In this document: one piece after another, positions 12,789-21,451 of the stretch | Layout of the letters: every line of letters starts with the position of its first letter | How positions within the stretch are numbered: position 1 is the first letter of the stretch | DNA from: Longimicrobiales bacterium | GTDB lineage: Bacteria > Gemmatimonadota > Gemmatimonadetes > Longimicrobiales > Gaopeijiaceae | NCBI GenBank assembly: GCA_965204735.1 | Contig: OZ242008.1 | Span: 1,024,001-1,088,000, forward strand | Direction of reading: 5' to 3' | Length of the DNA: 64,000 bases | Program-made: the position numbers and the translations under genes | Notes under the pieces: model-generated | The model's database searches: none | The model's input: only the letters and a program-made list of their open reading frames with translations | Told to the model about the DNA's origin: nothing

Positions 12789-13802
12789 ATGGACGGACGC
12801 GGTTCGCCCGCGACGACGGCCCGTCCCGTCGGTTGGACCACGCCGGTGCCCGGCTGGAGCGAGACCTTCCCCTGGCTGCGCGCCGGAACGACTCGACGGG
12901 CGCCGAAGTCGAGCGCGAGCGTCGCCGCCGACCGTGCCGGGCCCACCAGCCGTCCAGCGGATCCGGCGCCCCCGGCCCTCGGCTTTCCCGGCGAGTGGGC
13001 GGGACGGCGCATTCCCGCCGAGAGCGTTCACGCCTTGAACGGCTCCGGGCCTTGGCGCTCCGTCGTGCGCAGCCGACAGGTCCACGGGACGAGAGTTCGA
13101 GTCCACGGCTCGGTTCCCCGAGGCTTCTTCCTGGCCGCCGAGTGCGACGGACACGCCACATGCGCGCCCGGTCTGCTTCTCACCGCGACTCTGGCCGACT
13201 GCGTTCCCGTCTTCCTGGCGGACCCGGCCGCCCGGGCGGTCGCGCTCCTTCACGCGGGCTGGCGAGGCGCCGCCGGAGGCGTGGTCGAGTCCGGGATCGC
13301 CGCCATGGCCGACGCTTTCGGAAGCGACCCGGCGCGCCTCTCGGTCCACGCGGGTCCTGCCATCTGCGGACGATGCTACGAGGTGGGCCCCGAAGTCTTC
13401 GCGGCCCTGGGGTTGCCGCCCCCTTCCGGCCCCGCCCTTCTGGACCTGCGGGAGAGGGTCCGGCGGCGAGCGGTGTCCGCCGGCGTCCCTTCGGCCAACG
13501 TGACGACCAGCGACGAGTGCACGCGCTGCGGAGACGGCCGCTACTTCTCGCACCGGGGCGGCGACCGGTGGCGGCACTTGGCGTTCGCGGGAGTCTTGCC
13601 ACGGGAAGGCGGCGCGGCCAAGGGCGACCCTCGGACCTTCCGCGCCGTCGGGCTCTGTCGGCGATGCAAGTGGTCGAGGACGGTGGAGACTCGCCGAGGC
13701 TCCGTCTTCCGCCTCTGCCGGCGCCACCAGGAGGACTCCTCCTTCCCCAAGTACCCAACCCTGCCCGTCCGCCTCTGCCGGGGGTTCGCGGCTCGGCCGT
13801 GA
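12789..13802 (+). CDS. pgeF: YfiH/PgeF-family (laccase-domain/purine nucleoside phosphorylase) protein with C-terminal Cys-rich extension
   Basis: QVHG, ADCVPV, HAGWRG, GPAICGRCYEVG and CTRC...YFSHR. Start codon uncertain. Confidence 0.8.
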   Translation: MDGRGSPATTARPVGWTTPVPGWSETFPWLRAGTTRRAPKSSASVAADRAGPTSRPADPAPPALGFPGEWAGRRIPAESVHALNGSGPWRSVVRSRQVHGTRVRVHGSVPRGFFLAAECDGHATCAPGLLLTATLADCVPVFLADPAARAVALLHAGWRGAAGGVVESGIAAMADAFGSDPARLSVHAGPAICGRCYEVGPEVFAALGLPPPSGPALLDLRERVRRRAVSAGVPSANVTTSDECTRCGDGRYFSHRGGDRWRHLAFAGVLPREGGAAKGDPRTFRAVGLCRRCKWSRTVETRRGSVFRLCRRHQEDSSFPKYPTLPVRLCRGFAARP

Positions 13803-15364
13803 CGGATGCGCTCGCCGTGGCCGCCGTCGCCCTCCACGGCGTCGTGCTGGCCCTGCTGCTGCCGTTCGCGTGCCACCGAACGCTTCTGCTCCTGCTGTCG
13901 CGAAGGGGCCCGCCGCCCCCCTCGCCGTCGCCGGCGAGCCACCCCGAGCCACGGGTGACGGTTCAGCTCCCCGTCTTCAACGAGAGGCGGGTCGTGGAGC
14001 GGCTGATCGACGCGGCGTGCCGCTTGTCCTATCCCCGGGACCGCCTTCAGGTCCAGGTCCTCGACGACTCCACCGACGAGACCACGGCCCTTGCCGAAGG
14101 GCGCGCCCGCTTCTGGCGCCGGAGAGGGGTGGACGTGGCGGTGCTCCGTCGACCGGTTCGCACGGGCTACAAGGCCGGAGCGCTGGCCGCCGGGCTGGAG
14201 CGGGCCGCGGGCGAGTTCCTTCTCGTCCTGGACGCGGACTTCCTGCCCCGGCCGGACCTCCTCCGCCGACTGCTGCCGGCCATGTCGGATTCGGGCGTGG
14301 GGATGGTCCAGGCCCGCTGGGACCACTTGAACGAGCACGACTCCTGGCTGACCAGGGCCCAGGCGCTGCTTCTCGACGGTCACTTCTTCTTCGAGCAGGC
14401 CGGACGGTACCGGGGGCGGCGCTTCTTCAACTTCAACGGGACGGCCGGGCTGTGGCGGCGGCAGGCGCTGGAGGACGCGGGAGGCTGGCACTTCGACACC
14501 CTGACCGAGGACCTGGACGTCAGCTACCGGGCCCAGATGGCCGGGTGGCGCTTCGTCTTCTTGGAAGACGTGGGGGTGGGGGCGGAGCTTCCCCAAACCG
14601 CCCGAGCGTTCCTGATCCAGCAGCGACGGTGGGCGCAAGGCGGCGTGCAGACGGCCCGGAAGGTCCTTCCCCGACTGGTTCGGGGGCCTTTTCCGGCAAC
14701 GGTGAAGATGGAGGCCTTCGTCCACCTCTGCGGCCACTTGGCCCACCCGCTGGCCTTCGTCCTTTCACTGCTCGTCGTCCCGGCCGCGTTCGCCCGACGG
14801 ACGCTGGGACTGGACGGGCTGTGGTGGGTGGACGGGGCCGTCTTCCTGGCCGCCGCGGGGCCGTTCGTCGCCTTCTACCTGGCGGCTGCGCGGAAGCGGG
14901 GTCGGAGCTGGAGCGCCTCGCTGCGCGGCGCGGGCGCCGTGCTGGCCCTCGGGGCCGGGTTGTCGCTGCTTCTCTGCCGGTCGGCGCTGCGCGGCCTTCG
15001 CCGGCGTCGCGACCCCTTCCAGCGCACGCCGAAGCGGGGCGCCGCCGCGCCGTCGGCCGTCGGTCCGGCGTCGGGCGACTTCCCGGGCCGGGGCGCGGCC
15101 CGAGCGGCGGGGGCGATCATGGTCGCGGCTGCTGCCGGGGCGCTGGCCTCAGGGTTCTGGGCGTCGCTTCCCCTGTTGGCCCTCTTCGCCTCGGGACACT
15201 TGGCGCTGGGCGGCGTGACGCCGGACGCCCTTCGCGGCCTCCGTCAGCAGAAGCGCCCACACCGGAAGCCAGATGGCGACCAGGGTCCACGTCGGCTGCG
15301 GCCAGCCGTTGCCGGCCTGGTGCGACGCAAGGCCCCAGTAGCCGAGGAATGCGAGCCCGCTTAG
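13799..15364 (+). CDS. Processive GT2 glycosyltransferase (cellulose-synthase-like)
   Basis: VQLPVFNE, DDSTD, GYKAGAL, DADF, LTED, QQRRW and C-terminal TM helices. The GTG start overlaps the previous stop. Confidence 0.9.
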   Translation: MTDALAVAAVALHGVVLALLLPFACHRTLLLLLSRRGPPPPSPSPASHPEPRVTVQLPVFNERRVVERLIDAACRLSYPRDRLQVQVLDDSTDETTALAEGRARFWRRRGVDVAVLRRPVRTGYKAGALAAGLERAAGEFLLVLDADFLPRPDLLRRLLPAMSDSGVGMVQARWDHLNEHDSWLTRAQALLLDGHFFFEQAGRYRGRRFFNFNGTAGLWRRQALEDAGGWHFDTLTEDLDVSYRAQMAGWRFVFLEDVGVGAELPQTARAFLIQQRRWAQGGVQTARKVLPRLVRGPFPATVKMEAFVHLCGHLAHPLAFVLSLLVVPAAFARRTLGLDGLWWVDGAVFLAAAGPFVAFYLAAARKRGRSWSASLRGAGAVLALGAGLSLLLCRSALRGLRRRRDPFQRTPKRGAAAPSAVGPASGDFPGRGAARAAGAIMVAAAAGALASGFWASLPLLALFASGHLALGGVTPDALRGLRQQKRPHRKPDGDQGPRRLRPAVAGLVRRKAPVAEECEPA

Positions 15365-16519
15365 CAGGAGGAACGGCCGGGAACCTCGGAGCGCCGCCGC
15401 CGGAAGCGTCCACAACGCGTACCAAGGGTGGACCGTGGGCGACATGAGCAGCCCGGCGCCGACGATCCACAGCATGGCGCGCTCCAGGGAGAACCGACGC
15501 CGCGCGGCGTAGAGGGCGGTTCCCAGCACGGCGGCGGCGGCCAGCACGCGGGCGGTCGCGGCGTCGCCGACCGCGGCCTCCACCAGGGCGAAGGCGCCGG
15601 GGTTGGCCGACCAGTGCTCGGCGTAGGTGCGAAGACCCGCCGCGACCCGACCGACTCCCGGGCCCGGAAGGGCGGCGCCGGCGCCGGTGAAGGGGAGGCA
15701 GAACGCGACGCACGTCGCCGCGAAGGCGAGCCCGGCCCAGACGCCGTGACGGCGCAGCAAGGGCGGGAGGAGCGCCGCCGGGGCCACCTTGACCAGCGTC
15801 GCCAGGGCGAGAACGGCGCCCATGGCAGCGGGCCGGGCCCGAGGGGCGCGGGGCGATCCCCTGCCCGCCGCGAGCCACAGAAGCGCGGCCATGAGGAAGA
15901 GGCCGGCGGCGTCGAAGTGGGCGCTCCATCCGGTCTCCACCACCAGAAGGGGCGACCACAGGTACCACAACAGGACGGGGGCGGGCCGGCGGCCGGTGCG
16001 GACCGCCACCCGCTGGAGCAGGAGGCCGCACCCCAGGTCCAGCACGAGCCAGAGCGCCTTGGCCGCCAGGACCGTGCCGCCGACGGCGGACGCCAGGGCG
16101 AAGAGGAGCTGGGCGACCGGCGGGTAGATCGTCGGCACGTCCGGGTGGTTGATTCGGTCGTGCCACGGGGCGCGCAGCGCCGTCAGGGCGTCGTCGGCCG
16201 GCGCGTGGGAGTACGGGTTCGTTCCCTCCGACAGCACGCGGCCGTCCCACAGGTAGCGGTACACGTCGTCGGAGAGCTCGGGCGCCAGGGGGAGCAGCGA
16301 GACGCGGGCCAAGACGGCGACCCCCCATACGGCGTCGGTCGCGGCGGCGTCGGTCTCGTCCCTTCCGTCCCGGTTCCGGGTCATGGTCCAGCCCGCAATC
16401 CCGTAGCATAGAAGGGCGCCGGCGGGCAGGAGCAGGCGGGGCAGCGGCAGGGCGACCCCGTCCAGCCATCCGAAGGCGGCCAGGAAGGCGGCTTCCGCCA
16501 GACCCAGGAGGACGATCAT
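15149..16519 (-). CDS. GT-C fold membrane glycosyltransferase (DUF2029/GT87-like)
   Basis: LSDDVYRYLWDG, TIYPP and PTVHPWY in a multi-TM protein. Confidence 0.8.
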   Translation of the reverse strand: MIVLLGLAEAAFLAAFGWLDGVALPLPRLLLPAGALLCYGIAGWTMTRNRDGRDETDAAATDAVWGVAVLARVSLLPLAPELSDDVYRYLWDGRVLSEGTNPYSHAPADDALTALRAPWHDRINHPDVPTIYPPVAQLLFALASAVGGTVLAAKALWLVLDLGCGLLLQRVAVRTGRRPAPVLLWYLWSPLLVVETGWSAHFDAAGLFLMAALLWLAAGRGSPRAPRARPAAMGAVLALATLVKVAPAALLPPLLRRHGVWAGLAFAATCVAFCLPFTGAGAALPGPGVGRVAAGLRTYAEHWSANPGAFALVEAAVGDAATARVLAAAAVLGTALYAARRRFSLERAMLWIVGAGLLMSPTVHPWYALWTLPAAALRGSRPFLLLSGLAFLGYWGLASHQAGNGWPQPTWTLVAIWLPVWALLLTEAAKGVRRHAAQRQVSRGEEGQQGKRRPEP

Positions 16520-16571
16520 TCGACCGGACGACGCGCGGGACGGCGACTTCACCGAGCCGCTCCAGCGCCTC

Positions 16572-17327
16572 TTGGCCCGCACGGCGGTCCTGATCCCGGC
16601 CCTGAACGAGGAGGAAGCGCTCCCGGCGGTCCTGCGGGCGCTGCCTCGGGACCGGCTGCTTGCGGTGGTCGTGGTCGACAACGGGTCCACGGACCGCACC
16701 GCCGCGGTTGCCCGGGCGGAGGGCGCCGTCGTCGTCGCGGAGGCCGAACGCGGATACGGGGCCGCGTGCCTCGCCGGCATCGCCCGCCTCTCCGCGCTGG
16801 ACCCGCTTCCCGAGGCCGTCGTCTTCTTGGACGCGGACCACCCGGAGAGCGCGGAAGGCATCCCGCTGCTGCTCGGTGCGCTGTCCCGGGGCGCCGACTT
16901 GGCCCTGGGCGTCCGCGCCGGACCTCGGGGCGAGACCGGAAACCTTCGCGCCCACGCCCGATGGGGAAACCGAGTCGTCCTGGCATGCGCCCGCCTCCTC
17001 TTCGGCCGCCGCTTTCGGGACCTGCCCCCGTTTCGCGCCGTCGGCTTCCCGGTGCTCGACCGCCTGGCCATGGACGACCGCAGCTGGGGGTGGACCCTTC
17101 AGATGCAGCTGCGCGCCGCGCGCCTCGGCTTGTCGGTGGCGGAGGTGGAGGTGCCCCACCGTCCACGCTCCCAAGGGCGGTCCAAGATATCCGGCCGCCT
17201 GGGCGCGTCGCTCCGGGTGGGCGCCAAGATGGCCGCCACCCTGCTCCGCGAGCGGGTCAGCGCTCCAAGGGAAGGACCGCGGCGCCCCGGTCCTCCAGCT
17301 CCGCCGCCATCGCCGGGTGGCAGGTGA
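16572..17327 (+). CDS. GT2 glycosyltransferase (Dol-P-Man synthase-like)
   Basis: IPALNEE, VVDNGSTDRT, GYGAAC, FLDAD and GRSKISG. Confidence 0.9.
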   Translation: MARTAVLIPALNEEEALPAVLRALPRDRLLAVVVVDNGSTDRTAAVARAEGAVVVAEAERGYGAACLAGIARLSALDPLPEAVVFLDADHPESAEGIPLLLGALSRGADLALGVRAGPRGETGNLRAHARWGNRVVLACARLLFGRRFRDLPPFRAVGFPVLDRLAMDDRSWGWTLQMQLRAARLGLSVAEVEVPHRPRSQGRSKISGRLGASLRVGAKMAATLLRERVSAPREGPRRPGPPAPPPSPGGR

Positions 17328-20046
17328 AGAAGAAGACCTGCCGCGTCTTCGACACCTGCTCGAGCAGGTCAAGGGCCCGGTCCCTCCGGACCGCGTCCCA
17401 GTTGACCAGGACCTCGTCCATGAAGAGGGGAAGGCTCTCTTCGCCGGCGTCCAGGTGGTCCACGATGGCGAGTCTCAAGGCCAAGTAGACCTGTTCCCTG
17501 GTTCCCTGGGAAACGCTGCCGTCCACTTCCCTCGACGTCGCTTCGGTCGGCCCGCCGAGCTGGAACGACCCTCCTCCTCTCTCGTCGGCCAGCTCGATCT
17601 GGTCGTAGCGCCCGCCGGTGACGGCCCGCATGTGCTCGCCGGCGCGACGCAGCAGCTCCGGCTGGTTCTCGTCGCGGAACCGCCGGTCCGCCTCCTGGAC
17701 CAGGCGGCCCAGAAGGAACGCCCGGTCCCGCCGCCGCTTCGCGTCGCGGATGCGCTCCTCCACTCGGCCGATGCGGCCGCTCGTCCGATCCGCCGTTTCC
17801 CCCTGCCGCGCGTGCTGCACCCTGGCGTCCAAGCGGGCGACTTCGCGCTGGAGCCGACGGAGTTCCTCGCCCAGCTTCCGCACTCGCTCGTCCCCGGCCG
17901 CCAGTGCTTCTTCCAGCCCGTCCCAGCGCTCGCCCTCCGCTTCCGCTTGCCGGACCTCGTCCAGGAGTTGATCCAGCTCCGGATGCTCCAGTCGAAGCTC
18001 CTCCTCCAGCCGGTCGGCCCGCTCCCGGGCATCGAGCATCTTCGCAGCCGCTTCGGCGCCCTGCTGCGGGTCGCCGTCTCCCAGCGCGGCGAGGCGGGCG
18101 TTCAGATCCCGAAGCGAGGCCTCGGCCGCGTCGCGGTCCTCGACCGCCATCGAGCGCTCCCCTTCCGCCCTGTCCAGCTCCCGCTGCGCGGCCTCGGCCC
18201 CCCTGCGGGCCTGCACCGCCTCGTCCAACCGACGGAGAAGCGCGTCCGCGTCGGCGCCCGTCGCCGGCGCCGTCGATTCCAGCCCGGCCGCCTCGAGGGT
18301 CCGGGCGATCTCCTGGCGCGCCTCCTCCAGTCGCTCCCGGCGTTCCTCGAGAGCCCGTTTCCGTTCGGCGAGCGCGTCCGCCGCCTCCGCCGCCTCCTCC
18401 ATCGCCGCCGCCAGCCGGGCTTGGGGCTCGTTCAGCAGCCCGGGCAGGACGGGAAGGTCCGCCACCAGCTCGGCCACCTCCCGGCGCGCCGCTTCCGCCT
18501 TCGCCCCGACCCCTTCGATCCTGCTCGCGCCTCTGCGACCGGCGTCGGCGGAGTCCTTCTCCCTCCCCTTGGCTCGCCGGCGGTCCTGGACCCAAGTCGC
18601 GATCAAGAGCGCACCGCAGAACGCGACGACGGCGGAGACGCCCAGGGCCGTCTCTGCCCCGAAGCGTGCGAGGAAAGCGGCCCACGGCGGCACGGCGTCG
18701 GGGAAGTACACGATCGAGAAGGCCGCGGCTGCTCCGAGCGTCGTCGGCACGCCCGCCGCCAACCGCAGCCAGCCGGGCCGGTCGGCGTCCCGCAGGCCGG
18801 CCAGCTCGTCCTGGATACCTTCCTCCACGCTTCGCCGCTTCTGCACCAAGTGTCGGTACGCCTCCACCCGCGACCCGAGCTCCGCCACCGGCAAGGTCCT
18901 CAGCGCGCCGACCTGCGCCTCTTCCCACTCGCCCCACGGCGCCGAGAAGAGGCCCTGCGCCCGCTCGTCGCACAGCCGAGACGCGTCGCGGACCTCCTGC
19001 TTCGCCTTCGCCTCCTTCTTCTCCAGCTCCGGCAGCCCCGCGATCCGCCGCGCCGCCTCCTGCAGCCGGCCCGCCGCCTCCGCGACCCGCTGGTGACGCT
19101 CCTCGTACGTTCCGATCCGGTCTCGGGCGCCCGCCGCCTTCGCGTCGCATTTGGCGATCCGTCCTTCGGCCTCCTGCCGCTTCCGCTGCACCTCGACCAA
19201 GCGGTCCGCCGGGTCCGGGGGCACGCCGTCGAGGGCCGCCCCGTCGCCGGCCCGCTCGCGCAGCGCCGCGACCCTGGCCCGCGTCCGCGCCACGGGCCGC
19301 AACCGGTTCATCCGGCGCTCCAGAACCCGTCTTCGCTCTTCCAGGCGCGCATGATCCGCCAGAACGGCGGCAAGCTCCGCCTCCGCCTCGGCCTGCCGCC
19401 CCACCAGCCGACGAAGCTCGCGATCCGACTCCAGGGCCTTCCGGCGCTGGTCCTGGAGCGCCCGCAGCTCTTCCGACAGCATCCGCGCCAGGGGCTTGCC
19501 CCGCTGGTCGGGGCGCCAGAGCGCGTTGGCGTCGGCAAGGAACTCGGCGGCGACCGCCCGGGCCGGTCGCAAGTCGGGGGCGCCCATGGCGCCCGTCAGC
19601 CGGTCCTGCACGCGCTCCCAGCTCTCGCTCTTCAGCGCCGCCAGCTCGGGAAGAGATATGGCGTACACCTGCCGAAAGACCTTCCGCGACACGTGCCGCG
19701 CAAAGGGCAGGGGCCGGTTGCGCAGGTCGTCGGTGCGCCCCGCCGCCGTCGTCCGCCCCCAGCCCGCCGAGGGCAGGAGCCGTCGATGAACCTCCAGCTC
19801 GCTGCCGTCGTCCAGGCGGACGCGGGCCTTCGCCTCGGGCGGCCCGCCGTCCCAGGGCGCGTAGGGGTGCTTCGCGGCGAGGGCCGGTCGGAAGCCGTAG
19901 AGGAGGGTGGTCAACAGGGAAAAGAAGGTGGACTTGCCGCTCTCGTTGGGTCCCAGCACCACGACGACGGAGGGCAGCGGCGCGTCGCCCGTGCGCACTC
20001 CTTCGAGCCGACCGTAGCGCGCGACCTCCACGGAGTCGAACCTCAT
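17257..20046 (-). CDS. YhaN-like AAA_27 / SMC-like coiled-coil ATPase
   Basis: GPNESGKST, long coiled coil with central TM helices, SQGTREQVYLALRLA, MDEVLVNWD and FFTCH. Confidence 0.88.
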   Translation of the reverse strand: MRFDSVEVARYGRLEGVRTGDAPLPSVVVVLGPNESGKSTFFSLLTTLLYGFRPALAAKHPYAPWDGGPPEAKARVRLDDGSELEVHRRLLPSAGWGRTTAAGRTDDLRNRPLPFARHVSRKVFRQVYAISLPELAALKSESWERVQDRLTGAMGAPDLRPARAVAAEFLADANALWRPDQRGKPLARMLSEELRALQDQRRKALESDRELRRLVGRQAEAEAELAAVLADHARLEERRRVLERRMNRLRPVARTRARVAALRERAGDGAALDGVPPDPADRLVEVQRKRQEAEGRIAKCDAKAAGARDRIGTYEERHQRVAEAAGRLQEAARRIAGLPELEKKEAKAKQEVRDASRLCDERAQGLFSAPWGEWEEAQVGALRTLPVAELGSRVEAYRHLVQKRRSVEEGIQDELAGLRDADRPGWLRLAAGVPTTLGAAAAFSIVYFPDAVPPWAAFLARFGAETALGVSAVVAFCGALLIATWVQDRRRAKGREKDSADAGRRGASRIEGVGAKAEAARREVAELVADLPVLPGLLNEPQARLAAAMEEAAEAADALAERKRALEERRERLEEARQEIARTLEAAGLESTAPATGADADALLRRLDEAVQARRGAEAAQRELDRAEGERSMAVEDRDAAEASLRDLNARLAALGDGDPQQGAEAAAKMLDARERADRLEEELRLEHPELDQLLDEVRQAEAEGERWDGLEEALAAGDERVRKLGEELRRLQREVARLDARVQHARQGETADRTSGRIGRVEERIRDAKRRRDRAFLLGRLVQEADRRFRDENQPELLRRAGEHMRAVTGGRYDQIELADERGGGSFQLGGPTEATSREVDGSVSQGTREQVYLALRLAIVDHLDAGEESLPLFMDEVLVNWDAVRRDRALDLLEQVSKTRQVFFFTCHPAMAAELEDRGAAVLPLER

Positions 20047-21299
20047 GTTCCGCCCTGCTCCGCATCGAGCATCCGGGAGGCGGCTTCCTCGGGCGCTCCC
20101 TTCATCAGCTCCCGGAAGTAGTCGCCCACGGAGCCGTGCTGCTCGGCGCTGTACCCCGCCAACTCCCCTTCGGACACCCCCAACTCCTCTTCGCCGGCGG
20201 ACACCTGGGCGGCGAGACGCAGAACCGCGCCCAGCACGTCGCGACGCTGGACGTGATCGGCGACCCGCACCGGCGGATGCAGCCTCTCCGCCCGCACTTC
20301 GACGCCCAGAGCCCCCAGCCGGCGGGCGATCTCGTCCTCCAGCGTCGCCGCTTCGTCCGGCCTTCGGAGCTCCGCCCAGAGGGGGGAAGGTCCTTCCAGC
20401 TCGAACGTCGCCATCCACTCGACGCCCGTCCCCGGGTCGTCCTTCCTGGCGGCTTCCCACGACCGCACCGCCGCCGCCGCCAGCCGCCGCAGCGTCGAAG
20501 CCTCTTTCAAGGCGGACACGGACGCCTTCTCCCACCGGATGGGGGCGAACTCCCGGAACTCCACGGCGGGCCGCTCCGGTTCGCTCAGATCCACCAGCAG
20601 GCCGCCCTTGGGCCCGGTCTCTCCCGGGTTTCGGCCCTGAAGATTGCCCGGGTACCAGATCGGCGGCTCGTCGGAGAGGGCTTGCCGGATGTGGACATGT
20701 CCCAGCGCCCAGTAGTGGAACCCGGCGGCCTGAAGGTCGGCGATACGGGAGGGCGCGTAGGGCCGGTGCACGCCGGCGTCGCCGGCCGCCGACGCAAGGG
20801 TGTGGAGCAGGGCCGCCTGAGGAAGGCGGGTGTCCGCCTTCGGACGCATCCGCCGCGAGAGGTTCTCGGTTTCCTCGGCGGTGGCGTGGCCGGCCCCGGT
20901 CACGTATCCGGCGACTTCGCCGCCGCGTCCCCGGACGGCCACCGTCTCCGGCTGTCCGCCGCAGATCACGGCGGCGTTGGCGGGCCACTCCAATGCGCCT
21001 TCTCGCGGGGCCGCGCCCGGATCATGGTTGCCCGCCGCGTAGACGAACTGGACCTCGGCTTCCTCGAGGCGCGCGACCTGCTGGAGCAGGAAGCGCTCGG
21101 TTTCGAGGGAGAGGCGACCGCCGTCGAAGAGGTCTCCCGCCACCAGCACGGCGTCCACCTTCTCGGCGACGGCGGCCTCGACGCAGCGGCCGAACGCTTC
21201 CCGCGAGGCCTGCCGCAGTCGGGTCCGCACCTCCTCGGATCGGCCCGAGAAGGTCGTGTCCAGGTGAACGTCCGCAATGTGAAGGAAGCGCAAGCGCAA
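20043..21299 (-). CDS. YhaO/SbcD-like metallophosphoesterase (DNA repair exonuclease)
   Basis: ADVHLD, AGDLFD, GNHD, ALGHVH and YPGNLQGR. Confidence 0.92.
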   Translation of the reverse strand: MRLRFLHIADVHLDTTFSGRSEEVRTRLRQASREAFGRCVEAAVAEKVDAVLVAGDLFDGGRLSLETERFLLQQVARLEEAEVQFVYAAGNHDPGAAPREGALEWPANAAVICGGQPETVAVRGRGGEVAGYVTGAGHATAEETENLSRRMRPKADTRLPQAALLHTLASAAGDAGVHRPYAPSRIADLQAAGFHYWALGHVHIRQALSDEPPIWYPGNLQGRNPGETGPKGGLLVDLSEPERPAVEFREFAPIRWEKASVSALKEASTLRRLAAAAVRSWEAARKDDPGTGVEWMATFELEGPSPLWAELRRPDEAATLEDEIARRLGALGVEVRAERLHPPVRVADHVQRRDVLGAVLRLAAQVSAGEEELGVSEGELAGYSAEQHGSVGDYFRELMKGAPEEAASRMLDAEQGGT

Positions 21300-21367
21300 T
21301 CTCCGTTGGATGACGTCCTTTGCCGCCCGGGAAGGCGTCGACGACGCCTTGGAGGGCTTCGGAAAGC

Positions 21368-21396
21368 TTGTAAATAGTAACCTTCGTTGCTAGACT
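21368..21396 (+). promoter_or_regulatory. Putative sigma70 promoter for gdh
   Basis: TTGTAA, 17 bp, TAGACT. Preceded by the inverted repeat AAGGCGTCG-A-CGACGCCTT (21332-21350). Confidence 0.45.
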
Positions 21397-21451
21397 TGTC
21401 CGAAAGCATTCCGAGGATCGGACGGCTCACCTTTCGAGGAGTTGCTCCCCA

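Noticed and set aside
17257..21299. YhaO/YhaN as a new nuclease-SMC defence system
   Set aside because: This is a known, widespread SbcCD-like pair with standard architecture.
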